A stretch of DNA of 64,000 nt. Origin: Takakia lepidozioides (lineage: Eukaryota; Plantae; Bryophyta). Every line of letters starts with the position of its first letter. The stretch's first letter is position 1. The DNA is taken from the NCBI GenBank assembly GCA_030704615.1, contig CM060734.1:45880001-45944000 (forward strand). Direction: 5' to 3'. The notes under the pieces were generated by a model that had not been told where the DNA came from, made no database searches, and worked only from the letters and a program-made list of their open reading frames with translations. The position numbers and the translations under genes are program-made. Below are positions 52,301 to 64,000 of this stretch, one piece after another.

Positions 52301-54688
52301 TGCCAGGACAAAATGTGGCTAAGTCATGAAATACGCCTTTTCATCCATAGGATGAATGGCTTTCATCGCTGGTGATTACCTTAGAAACGCGGGTCGAGGA
52401 AGCTTAGGGCTTGCTGGAGGGTAATCGTGCAGGGAACAGCTAGGTAATTTTGCTCAAGCCAGGAGAAGGGAGGCGGTGCAGTAATCGTTTCATGGCTTTG
52501 AAGAGAGGGAGTGCTGCAGGACGATTCATCAAGGGCAAGGGAAGTAATATCATGTACTACTGACAGAAGTAATGAAGACATAGAGGCGGTGCTTCCTGTG
52601 ATTTGACCGCTGAAGGTGTAGGAGTTGCGAGGAAAGCAGCTCGGTGGAGGGGCGGCAGTGCCGTCGTTACTCTCATAACCACGATGACAAGGAGGATGAA
52701 CTTGCAAGGGAAACAGCCTGCTGCCAGGGAATAGGAAGGTGGGGTTTCCGACTTGATCAAAGGCTAGTTAAGATGATGGAGCAGCTCCATCATGACGGGC
52801 ATCTGCCAGAGGTAGGGTATGCATACTGATACCGCCGCCATTGCATTCATGTGCAATTATAGAAAGCTGCACTTGTGGAGAAGCAATTGCTGCCAGATCA
52901 AGGGCAGAGATGGGATTACTGACTTGACCACTTGTGAAATGGTGCAATCGCCAGAATGAGGGCATTGGCTTGTGGACAGTGATACAGGTTATCTGTAAAT
53001 AAAGAAGCAAAGAGTGAAATATGTAGAGCAGGAAGCTTTCAGATAATGACTGTCTTCTTGTTATCACATCAGATCTTAGGGTAGATTAGCAGAAATGGTA
53101 GGATAGGGTAGTTAGTTGGCAAGCAACAAGGTTACTGCCATAGGTTGAAACAGAGCTGTCATGACTCACGGAACGCTTGAATCGACGAAATATCTGAAGG
53201 TGGAGTGGCAGAGCAATGACAGGATCTGACATGCATAGATCTTTGTTTTTACAACGTGGCATTCAAACGACAAGAGGAGTTAGGGGAGCTGCTGACAGAG
53301 ATGGTGAGGTGCCATTTCAGGCAGGCGATCCCACCGCTTTCAGCTGGAGTATAAGAGAGCTAAGTTCATAGATGCAAAGCCTCTCTCTGACTTAGGGATA
53401 GTTGCTATGGAATTTTGCTAGAGAGACTCTCAATAGAAATGAGGGAGATATAAAAAGATTTTGGCAAATGGAATGGAGACTTCTGGAATTCATACCAGTC
53501 CTGGTGGTAGAGAGAAAGTGAGGTAGGGTGGAAGTTGTGTGGAGTGCTGCAAGAAGTTGGGAAGTCAGCTCTTAAACATAGGATGCTTCTTTTTTGGGTG
53601 TGACTTAGAAATCGTTTTGGGCAGATTTAGGACTTGCTCTTGATAGAAGGGAAAAGGATAGAGACATGTGATAGAGGAAAAAGGGTTTTTGAAAATGGAA
53701 TGGAGTGGTGGTCTGGGCTTCAAACCAGAATGGTGTAGAGAGGATAAGAGATGATGCATGTCAAATTGGGAATGGTGATAGAAGGGCTGTCTGGTCCAAT
53801 ATGGGCACTTGCATCAGAAAAGGGAGATACAACATTGGGAAGAAGAGAGATACGCATCAGCAAAAGAATGATGAGAGGAGGGTCAGTTGAGAGATAAAGG
53901 AAAGACCATGAGTTGGATAGAAATATCAGACTTGCACTGTATGGTAGATACATGTTGCCTTGCACTTTAGGTGATTGCATGACAACAAAGGGGGTTCAAT
54001 ATAGATGCTACATGCAAATGGTGAACTCATAGGCTGTCATTAACCCACTGGTAAGCTGTTTGAGTGACTATATCAGCATGAAAACTAAGCTGGTGCAAGA
54101 CAGAACCCTAGTCAGGCCTGTTGCACTATGCAGGAAACACCTTCACTTGTCCCATCCATGTCTTCTCTTCCGCTGCGGCGTGGATGAGGGCTTCATGAAC
54201 TCTGATCATAAACAACATGGATGTAGCCAACCTGTGTGGGAGAACCAGGATAACAACAAGACCTTGCACTAAGAACTAGATTAGGATTAGACAGAAGGGG
54301 ATATATGCCCCCTTCTTTTCACACTACATACACATCTGGTACAACCCTAATTCTCTTTGCTTGTGTTTTTGTAAAGGAGAACCAGGTTGGAGGCGCTGGA
54401 AGTGGCAGGTTCCTGACCTTAACATTCTCTCAGATTTAGAAGATTCACATGAGATAGGTGATGAGACTTATGAGGATGTAGTTGCATCAATGCAGGGCCC
54501 TTTGGAAGTTGTGTGGACATGCAATTTTAAATTGTATGCATTTTTTCCACATATTTGGACATTTTGGTAATTTTTCACAATTTTCGAGCAATTAGGCACT
54601 TCTCAGGAATTTCTTAGGCACATTTTCCAAAAATGTTCTAAATTTAATTAGGCACTTGATTTTGAATTAATTATTGCCTAATAAGCTA

Positions 54689-55053
54689 GGGTAAGTTGGC
54701 CTATGACCGAACAAGCGTCTATGACCGAACACCCCATTAACGCTTCTCTGCCTATGACCATACGATGTTGGTCCCAAGACTGTCCATTATTGCCACTTGG
54801 CAAACAAGTATTTGATAGAACCCCCCAAAAACCCCGATTGGTCATAGGGCTCTGGGTGCACACAAGCATTCTGATTGGTTCGACTTTAAAAGCCTATAAC
54901 TTTGTGTAAAATTCATGAAATCAAATAGTTCCAAGTTTGTGGGTTGCCCCATTCGTGGGACACCTTACAAATTTTACCCAGTATAAAAACGACAAAAACT
55001 CATTGTTAGATTTTTCACCATCGTTGTGTGAACGGTCATAGGCCAACATACCC
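54689..55053. mobile_element. MITE, superfamily unclear
   Basis: TIR GGGTAAGTTGGCCTATGACCG / CGGTCATAGGCCAACATACCC, flanked by TA (or CTAG if the TIR is 1 bp shorter); internal CTATGACC repeats. Confidence 0.85.
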
Positions 55054-56061
55054 TAGGTAAGTTCGGTATTTGCAGTTTCTCAGTTTGCTGTCACTGTCGC
55101 CACCGCAGGGATTTGGTTTGTAGGATACTAAATCAGACACGATTATGCCACTTTTTTGAGCGGTTTTAGATCCTTCCAGGCGTTATCACACAAATCTTTC
55201 TCTCTCACCGAGTTGATATCCCTTGTTCCTGCATTGGTGCACACTGGACAAGCTCAGGATTGCTATATTTGCACTCGTTGACAGTAATACAAAGATGGTA
55301 GGGACTCACTACATTGAAGGCCGCAATGAGTTTAGCCATGTTGACTTTAGATACCCATGTAGGTCAAAGGTGAGGGTTCTTTTATGAAGAAACCTTTGTT
55401 AAGACTTTATTTATACCATGTACAATGGGTGAATGTACATAGGATCCAGAGTTTTTTTTTTCATTTAAGAACTTGAGCCAAGTTGGCTCCTGGCTGGCCT
55501 ATGAGGAAGATCAATTGGCGACTCTGTGGCATGTGATCTCGAACCAATGGCTACTGTCAAGAATGTTTGATGAGTTTTATGCGAACTCAACTCATGTAGT
55601 GTTCGGTTTGTGGGAGCGACAAGGAAGGTATTTTTTTCTAAGTAACAACGACACTGCATCTTGGAAAGCCTAGCACAACTCTGTCACATGGATACAATCC
55701 ATTGACAAATATGACTAATCTTGTGCAAGATCAGCAACTCTGCTCAAAGCCTCATGTGCCAGTGCAAGAGACGGTGCAAGTCTGCTTAAATGGAGGTGCA
55801 TGACACGGATACTAGGCGGGTTCCCTCCATAGCTCGACCCCTTGGCGAAAGCGGGAAGAGTTTGAACTAGTGTTGGCCGGGTACCATGTTTGGAGCTGTC
55901 GCGCGGCTTTTACTCACCCATCCCTTCGTTATCCGAGGTGGGAACTCCAAGATAGAAGAGTTGGAAATCTCTAAGCACTCAGCCCGCTCAGAACAATCAG
56001 TCATGACCTACAGCTAGTGTATCATGGGGGTGTTTCCTATTTGTATTCCTTCCCGTATTCA

Positions 56062-56931
56062 TGTTAGCTAGTTACTTTACTGTTGGTATTTAAGTATCAG
56101 ATTGCTTCAGCAATCTATCGGATTCCATCAACTCATCCATTCATTCCACAGCTTCACTCAGATCTCTCTACACAGGGTGAGTATGAAGTATGTATCAGAT
56201 TAATATCTATCAAGTATCAGGCTGAAGCCATGGAGTCTCTAATCTGCTCTACATTACAACTCTACTGTTTGCATTCATCAAGCATCAACAGATCGTTCTC
56301 CTCCTACTCCGTGCTCTCCTTCTTCCTACTCAGAGATGCACTCTCCGCTTCATCTCCCCCCCCCCCGTGATGCCAGAAATCCCCCCAGAAGTAGTGATCC
56401 CCAAGAAGTGATCATTTTCCAGTCCTCGCTCCTGGCTTTATCTTCCTACCCGTTGTTCTAACCGTTTTCCTCACTAACCGTCATCCGTGAACTAACATGT
56501 TCCATTCGCAGATGTTGTTCCCCACAGTCGTTCCCTGTCCTGCTATCCGTTCCCTATGGTCGTGACAGCTGTGTCAAGCTGTGACTGGCTGTGTGAAACT
56601 GTGAGGGGCTGTGACTGGCTGTGCGACTGTGTTGGGCTGTGTTGGCTGTGACGGGTTGTGTTGACTGTGACTGGTTGTGTTGGACTGTGACGGGCTGTGT
56701 TGACTGTGACTGGCTGTGTTGGCTGTGTCGGGCTGTGTTGGCTGTGACTGGCTATGTTGGACTGTGACGGGCTGTGACGGGCTGTGATGGACTGTGTTGG
56801 GTTGTGTATCTCCCCCCCCTAAAGCCTGTTGCTGTCACCCCTAAGGCTCCTGTTGGTCTCAGTCTGTGTAAAAATTAAGGGTACCCCACAGATCCCGTAA
56901 AAGCGTCTAAGTCCCAAGCAGTCCTCTAACA
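56062..56931 (-). repeat. Putative 3' LTR of the minus-strand Gypsy element
   Basis: Minus-strand PPT GAGAGGGGGAGGGGTAA precedes TGTTAG at 56931, with an inverted TGTTAG at 56062. The distal boundary cannot be confirmed without the other LTR. Confidence 0.55.
56565..56806. repeat. Degenerate GGCTGTG-based minisatellite
   Basis: Repeated (G/A)CTGTG(AC/TT) units of about 9-10 bp. Confidence 0.85.
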
Positions 56932-56972
56932 TTACCCCTCCCCCTCTCAAAAAGCCATGTCCTCACGGTTTA

Positions 56973-59900
56973 CTATTTGGGATTTGTAAACCTTTGTGAG
57001 CGAGCACCCTTGTGACGTTGAGAGTCTCGTGAAGGACTCCGTGTGCGAGCCCGTGTCCTGTCACTGGTTGAGGGAGATGATTGAACACTACCTGGATATG
57101 TCAGTCCCTCTGGAGGCTGATATCGAGGTAATCTTTCAGGCATAGGAGACCCCCGTCGCTTCTTCTCTGCCATCTGAATTGCATAGTCATCTGCCATGTC
57201 AAAAGAGTCCGCTGAAGAAATAGTAGTATCAGAATCATCGTCCCCCCTGAGGTGTTTTAACGGTCGAACTCTAACTGGAATTCTCTGGGGCATACAATGT
57301 TGTCCCACCATGTCTGGAAGTTTAAACTGCAAAACTTGTTGTAAGCGTTGAATGGCAAATTGGAAGACCCTGAACTCCTTGTCTGTCCATGAGTGGTGTA
57401 CCAATGACTTGTGAATTGTGCAAGTTTTTCCATGCCTCATGGCCCTTAAAGAAAATATCGTCAGGCCCGAATTTCTGTGTTGACAAATTGTTCCAGGCCG
57501 CATGAAACCATGAACGAAGTTGGGAGTCCTTTTGCATCATTACCTTTGCATCATAGAGGTACATATGAGGTGGCACTGAAGGTAAGACCCAATGAACCCC
57601 ACTGGAATAACTCAGAAATCGCAATTGCATTTTCTGCTGCTCAATGTGATAACGTGCCAGAAAACAAGCAGCGTAGTATAGCCCGCAGCCCATGACAATA
57701 CTTGCTACCTCCTTGGTCTTGGTATAAATGTACCCATGTACAACTTGGAAGGCAATTAATTCCTTCAACATGGTACTTGCCTCATGCCAGTACCTCGCAA
57801 AGTGATGATCCTCAATGGGTCGATTGTTCGGAAGAACCTTAGTCCTAGTTGCCACCGGCAGCCAAATGCGCATGATCTGGTAGTAATGTGCCACGACTGT
57901 GGAGGACTAAATTCTTTCCAAGCCAAATCCAACACAATTGGAATTTGGTTGAAGAGCATTATCATAGCCCGACTGTACTCCCGTGCAACATGAGTTTTAG
58001 GTGGGTTAAAAGCAGCATCCCCCATACTCAGGCTGTGGTGGCTGTGGTGTGGCTGTAGTAACAACAGGGTCAGCTACTGTCACAGTGGACTTGTTTGGGG
58101 TGTTGGGTCTACACTGGCTCTTGTACCACTGGCAATCATCTCCTACACCCCCCTGCAAGAAGACTGAAAGCCAAAGTTCTGGCTTGTAAATAAAAGCCAT
58201 CAACTGCTCCTCAGGTACAAAGACTCTCTTGTCAATATTTGATGTCAGGTCCTCCACCTGAGTCTGCAGGCCGTCTACATCCTCTTGTAGCTCCGCTATC
58301 TTACTATAGACATTGTCTATAGTAGTTGTAGCAATGTTCTACACTTGCAGTCTGAGCTCATTCATCTCACTTTGGGTGAGCTTTCGTGATGCTTTGCCCT
58401 CCACCGGCCCTTGTGCTAACCAGACCTGCATAAAGTGGTTATCCACCAAGTTGCTTGTGGCACCCCTTAGAGTCTGCTCCTCTGTGAGCCTGTACACATC
58501 TATCTGCTGCTGTAAAGCCTCCATGCGTTTCGCATGAGGTTCAACCAAACTCGCATATGCAGCAGCCAGATTATTGGCTTCCTTCCAAGCTTTGTTAGCT
58601 ACAGAGAGTTCATTTCTATTGGACATGAGCGTTTGTTGCAATTCCAGGATGTACCTCTCTTGGTCAGCTTCAACCTGCATGTATTGCTTGAAAGTATTCT
58701 CGTTGCGACAGATTGTATTCTTCATATCAATAATGAGTTTCGTCTGCTCGAGATTATCAGCCTGTGCCTTCATACATCTTTCCGCTTGGTTGTTAACTTC
58801 TAATGTAGTTTGCTCAAACGTAGTTGTTAGTGTAGCACATTGTATGGCCATCCTGTCATGCACTGTCTACAACTCCGTATGTAGTGCATTCACTTCTTGC
58901 AACTTGCTTTCATGCTTCACCTGCATTTGGTATAGCTGTTGCTTATGTGCTTCGTGCAACTAGTCCTGCGCGAGGCCTGCCTCAATCAATTGTTCCTTGG
59001 CCATTTGCAAAGCAGCTTCTGTACTCTCTAAGTCTTGCTGTATCTTGAGAGTGACCTCCTCATCGACCTTGTTTGCACACTCAGTGGCAAGTCGAGCCTC
59101 AAACTCCTTCCTGAGTTCCTCCCTCAAAGCTGCCAATTGGGTAGTTGGAACATGGGATTTGACATAAGTGCCCAACAAATTAAGTGTCCTGCTTATGGAA
59201 CTCATAAGCATTTCCTGTTGAGGGTCATCATGGTGAGCTTGCTGCTGTTCTCCCTGATCCTCAACAATGTGATGCCTCACGAACCATTTAGGCCATTGCC
59301 CCACCAGATTTTCTTCCTGAACCACTTCATCCGTCATAGGTGCTGCAGTGTCTTGACATTCCACCTGTGGTACCTCCGTCACATGTGTGTGTATTATATG
59401 CACAGCAGGGTTTCCCCTGGACAACCGCTGCACCTCTGCAATCATTGTTTCCCTGACCAAGCCAGAATTTTCATAGAGAAGGTCCCCCGACTCAATTTCT
59501 GCCACCACCCGTTCTGTAGTGGGGATATCTAACCCTTCTTTCTCCAAATCAATTATTTGTGGTGGAACTGCATGGACAACTTGTGGTAACTCTGTGACAA
59601 GCCGATCATCTGGCTGTGATGGCTGTGATACTGAAGTAACTTCCTCTTCCCTCTCTGAAGGCCCTGCTTCCAATAATAGCAGCTCTCTGTGCTGCTGTGC
59701 CCCTTCTTGCACAAGAGCTTGAGAAACATTATCATGCGGTTTCCGTGAAGCCAGTGGATCCGCCACTATAGTCTTTTCCCCGCCTCTGTCTCTTAGACTG
59801 GGGTTGCCCTGCTAGTCCACCCTCACTGTGTGAAGAGCCTTGCTCTTCTATTGCAGTGGTTGCTGTCTCAAACACTCTCATCTCCTTCCTTTCTCTCGCA

Positions 59901-60508
59901 TCAAGTATGCACGAGTCTAGAATAATTTGTGCAATGATTGGCCCAGACACTATGATAGGAGACTTTGCGGCAGTGCCTTGTAATCTCTTCATCTCCTCTA
60001 CCAGTGCGTTGTACATTATGTCCGCCCATGCTACCTCTTCTCCTCTCAGGGCTTTGAGTATTTCCTCTGTGAAGGATCTGCTCAAATACTGTTGGTTCTG
60101 TTTCATGGCAAACAGAACGTTCAATACCTGGCCTACCTCCCTTAGCCCTGGGTACACGGCCTTGGTACAAGCATAACCCTGAGTTTTAAAGAAACTCCCT
60201 TCTTGGAATAAGTCCCCTATTTGCAGTCTTGCCCTGTGCTCCTCCACATGCACCTGACCTGATGGCAATTCAAACAATTGCTGTAGGTATAGGGAAGTAA
60301 TTTCTAATTCAACTCCCTTCACCATTGTTGCTCCTGTCCTAGGCTCAAAGTTCTGCTGCCTATGGTGCAATGTCCAATCTTTGCTTTGCAATCCTTCTAA
60401 TCGCAGCTCCTTCAGTAACTGTACTGCCTGTGGAGTAGCAATCGTTTGTTTCTGCAGGATTGTGGTGCTCTTCACCCTGATTTCTTCCATTCCTCTCACT
60501 CTCTTCAT
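56973..60508 (-). pseudogene. Additional long ORF between integrase and the 3' LTR, fragmented by stops and frameshifts
   Basis: Consecutive same-strand ORFs 59732-60508, 58960-59766, 58339-58863, 58006-58257, 57765-58064, 57322-57894 and 56973-57503; central coiled-coil heptads. Confidence 0.65.
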
Positions 60509-61204
60509 TCTAGACCCCTAGAAAGGTTTTGGCTGTAACAATTGAAGAAATGCCTGCAGTGCACAAAGCATAAACGTATGGTTGCCACAAAATGCTATGG
60601 TAATTTCTTTAAGCCTGCAGGGCTTGCAAGCATCGATTAAGAGAAAAAACACTCTCTGTTCTTCTATCCCCGTGCCACTGCGTAAGTAGTATCGCGAGCG
60701 TATAGTCTGTTAGTTCCTCCATAGCTTCAAAGCTATAGCATTGATGGTTTGTCCCGTCGAGACGCCCGTTACTTGGAACGACGCCGACTCTTGCGCTTAA
60801 AATCCCTCCTTTTTCTTGATCCTGCTTCTGGCTTATGATTGGCTGTAACTGCTGCGACTGGATTTTAGATTTAATTTCCTTCCATGAATTTTCCACTCTG
60901 GATTGTCCACTAGGATAACACATGTGACATGGATTTCGCTTTTCGGTACTTTTAAAGGGTTCCGTTACCTTTCCCTGTATGCATTAATGGGCCCATAATA
61001 AGTTAATGTGCCGGGTAGGTACTTTGACGGCCAATTTTGTCTTTTTCCTTGATGACACTTGCCTTTGCAATCCATGTCCGGCTGTGTGTCTCGCCCTGGC
61101 ATCCACGTGTCCATTTCTAAACGTGCCTCCGTCCACTTTTCCGCCGGCCACTGTCCGGATGTTAACCCACGTCCACCTGTCACGGATTCTATGGACTGTG
61201 TAAC

Positions 61205-61505
61205 CCCAGTAAGCTGTGTTGAGCTGTGACAGGCTGTGTCATACTGTGGTACGTTGTGATAGGCTGTGTTGCACTGTGGTAAGCTGTGATAGGCTGTGAC
61301 ACGCTGTGGTAGGTTGTGATAGGTTGTGTCGCACCGTGATGGGCTGTGATAGGCTGTGCCGCGCCGTGTTGGGCTGTGATAGACTGTGTCGCGCCTTGAT
61401 GGGCTGTGATAGGCTGTGTCGCGCCGTGATGGGCTGTGATAGGCTGTTTGACCCTATGTTGGGCTGTGATAGGCTGTGTGACCCTGTGTGGGGCTGTGAT
61501 AGCTG
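61205..61505. repeat. 30-bp tandem repeat, about 10 copies
   Basis: Consensus-like unit GGGCTGTGATAGGCTGTGTCGCGCCGTGAT. Confidence 0.92.
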
Positions 61506-61627
61506 TTCGAACATCTGTGTTCTTTGCTCAGACCATACACAATTGGTTTTATGACAAGTACTTCGTGTTCCGTTGGTATTACTGGGGTAGCCCCTGACTG
61601 TTCCTGTGTTTCAACATGCAAATCATG

Positions 61628-62781
61628 CTACAATGGTTTGTCATGGATACCACTGTACCCCTTCAACTTATTGGCATTGACTCTTCCCAGCATCTCTTTG
61701 TTAATGGTTTGTAACATGGCGGTGTTGTTATCATACATCTTTTGTATGACATAAGGTCCTTTCCATGGTGATTTAAGCTTAGAAGCTTTAATCTTTCCCT
61801 TCTTCTGCAACCAGAGAACCAAATCTCCCGTCTTAAAAGTCTTTAACTTGCCTTCATCAAACTATTCCTTCCTCTTCATCTGAATTCTGGTCATATTATC
61901 AGCTGCATCAGCACGTACTTCTTCCACATGGTATAATTCATGTTTCCTGACCTTAATTGAATCTTGCAATTCCATTCTCTTTCCCCATTCCGTTCTCATG
62001 GTAGGTAACAGGAATTCCACTGGAAGTAAAGCTTCCATACCATAAACTAATTGGAATGGTGTATACTTAGTGGTGACTTTATATGAAGTCCTGTATGACC
62101 ACAAAGCTGTTAGCAGCTTTGTATCCCAATCCGTTCTGTTTGCATTGACTATCTTAGCCAAGATAGTACATAGTATTTTGTTGGTAGCCTCTGCCTGCCC
62201 ATTACCCTGTGGGTAATATGTTGTACTCTTCCTATGCACAATCATGAACTCTTTAGTCAATAATTCAATGGTCTCATTAATGAAGTGACTTCCCTGATCA
62301 CTGATAAATTCCAAGGGACAGCCAAATCGTGTAAGTATGTTTTCATACGGGAACCTTGCTGTGGACTTGGCTGTGTTGTCCCTCAAAGCTTTAGCTTCCA
62401 CCCACTTCGTAGTATAATCAGTGGCTGTAATTATGTACCTGTTCTGTGAATTCTTGGCTGGTGGGTTAATTGGTCCAACAAAGTCTAGTCCCCATTTCTG
62501 AAATGGTTCCGTAGGCATTGTAGGATGCAAAGCCATCTTCCCAGATCTCTGCAATTGTCATAGCCTCTGACATTCATCACAACTCTGACAATACTTGTGT
62601 ACATCTTTGAACAAAGTAGACCACCAGTAACCGGCATGTAGTATCTTCCTATTGGTAGTCTCTTCTCCAAAATGACCTCCTGCCACTCCTTTATGAACTT
62701 CCTCCAAAACTTTATTAACTTCATGGTGGTATAAGCATCGCTTCAACACTCCATCTGGTCCTAGCTTATACATTCTGCTTC
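61628..62781 (-). pseudogene. Gypsy integrase with GPY motif
   Basis: HKGVAGGHFG...CDECQR, WGLDFVGPI, ISDQGSHF, YPQGNGQAEATNK, PWKGPYVI; stops at 62555 and 61862. Confidence 0.92.
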
Positions 62782-63281
62782 NNNNNNNNNNNNNNNNNNN
62801 NNNNNNNNNNNNNNNNNNNNNNNNNNNNNNNNNNNNNNNNNNNNNNNNNNNNNNNNNNNNNNNNNNNNNNNNNNNNNNNNNNNNNNNNNNNNNNNNNNNN
62901 NNNNNNNNNNNNNNNNNNNNNNNNNNNNNNNNNNNNNNNNNNNNNNNNNNNNNNNNNNNNNNNNNNNNNNNNNNNNNNNNNNNNNNNNNNNNNNNNNNNN
63001 NNNNNNNNNNNNNNNNNNNNNNNNNNNNNNNNNNNNNNNNNNNNNNNNNNNNNNNNNNNNNNNNNNNNNNNNNNNNNNNNNNNNNNNNNNNNNNNNNNNN
63101 NNNNNNNNNNNNNNNNNNNNNNNNNNNNNNNNNNNNNNNNNNNNNNNNNNNNNNNNNNNNNNNNNNNNNNNNNNNNNNNNNNNNNNNNNNNNNNNNNNNN
63201 NNNNNNNNNNNNNNNNNNNNNNNNNNNNNNNNNNNNNNNNNNNNNNNNNNNNNNNNNNNNNNNNNNNNNNNNNNNNNNNNN
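62782..63281. other. Assembly gap (500 N)
   Basis: Run of N. Confidence 1.
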
Positions 63282-63329
63282 TACTCTGCTCATGCCGCTC
63301 ATGCCGCTCATGCTCATGAAATAGCAAAC

Positions 63330-63720
63330 CTCCATCTCATGGCCTGCCACAGTGTCCAATACCGCTTCTGTGAATGGTAAAGGGAAAGGATCTTTCTTCG
63401 TACAAGCATTCAGCTTCTTGTAGTTCACACAAACTCTTAGTTTCCCATTCTTCTTATGAACTATCACAATGGGTGACAACCAAGTCGTATACTCTATCGG
63501 GTATATAAACTTAGCCTCAGCCAACTTCTTGATCTCTTCTCCAATCTTCTGTGCATAGTTGGGATTCATTCTGTACCTTGCCTGCTTGATTGATACTGAC
63601 CCTGGGTTCCAGTTCAATCTTATGCTGACAGATTTCAGGTGGTATCCCTTTTAGATCCTCGTAGCTCCAAGCAAATACATCTCTGTATTTGATAAACAAA
63701 CTCTTAGCTTCTTCAAAGAA
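63330..63720 (-). pseudogene. Gypsy reverse transcriptase, N-terminal part
   Basis: YRDVFAWSYEDLKGIPPEICQHKIEL, WLSPIVIVHKKNGKLRVCVNYKKLNACTKKDPFPLPF; frameshifted. Confidence 0.9.
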
Positions 63721-64000
63721 TTATGGCTCCAAATCAGCTCCTACCTTTACCATCCTCGGTTCCTCTTCAGTTCCCACATTCACTTCTCTCGCTTGCTCAT
63801 CAGCTGTGATTGTCCAACCAATCACCACTTCATCCTGTAAACTCACAGTGGCTGGTTCCTCTAGGATTTCCATTTCTCCTTCTCTTTCTTCATAGAAATG
63901 TGATGGGTAACTGCTGGTTTCCTCTTCAATTGGTGTTGCTGACACTACACCACAGCAGATACCTCTTAAACAACTTAGGCCTTCCAGCCGCATCTCTGCA

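Larger units (their letters stand above)
56062..64000 (-). mobile_element. Ty3/Gypsy LTR retrotransposon (Athila/Tat-like architecture); 5' part lies outside the window
   Basis: RT before integrase on the minus strand, an extra 3' ORF, PPT and a putative 3' LTR. Confidence 0.88.

Noticed and set aside
49400-54600. Scattered 60-110 aa ORFs and GGACCGCC repeats near 50800
   Set aside because: No coherent gene model, motif or defined element ends could be established.
61239-61554. Repetitive ORFs (HSLSQP / GCDRLC)
   Set aside because: These are translations of the 30-bp tandem repeat.
62761-63327. ORFs spanning the N run, and apparent lack of RNase H in the second Gypsy element
   Set aside because: Artefact of the assembly gap; the missing domains may lie within it.

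Overview
Eukaryotic, intron-containing and transposon-dense DNA, most consistent with a non-seed land plant such as a moss (inferred from the ELIP type and TE families). Host genes are an MDR-family quinone-oxidoreductase-like gene (1464-3554 +), an ELIP gene (5243-6253 +, one frameshift) and a disabled full-size ABCB transporter (21476-30590 -). The most unusual feature is a 16.7-kb Gypsy-derived element (32649-49371, 4-bp TSD AGCT). It encodes Gag, an aspartic protease, a C5-cytosine DNA methyltransferase, an integrase and a PHD finger, but no reverse transcriptase or RNase H. Its termini are permuted, split direct repeats (A-internal-B-A-B), it has a self-complementary primer site where a tRNA PBS would be expected, and its first 1.75 kb almost lacks CG and CHG sites. 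It is interrupted by a CACTA element whose TnpA-like gene carries an FCP1/NIF phosphatase domain, and that gene has a LINE fragment in an intron. The window also holds a degenerate spliced gene resembling beta-class amino (N4C/N6A) DNA methyltransferases (14005-17461), a Crypton/DUF3504-like tyrosine recombinase relic (8494-10373), several MITEs and tandem repeats, and a second Gypsy element on the minus strand (56062 to beyond 64000) with an extra 3' ORF and a 500-N gap. All calls come from manual motif reading; no searches were run.
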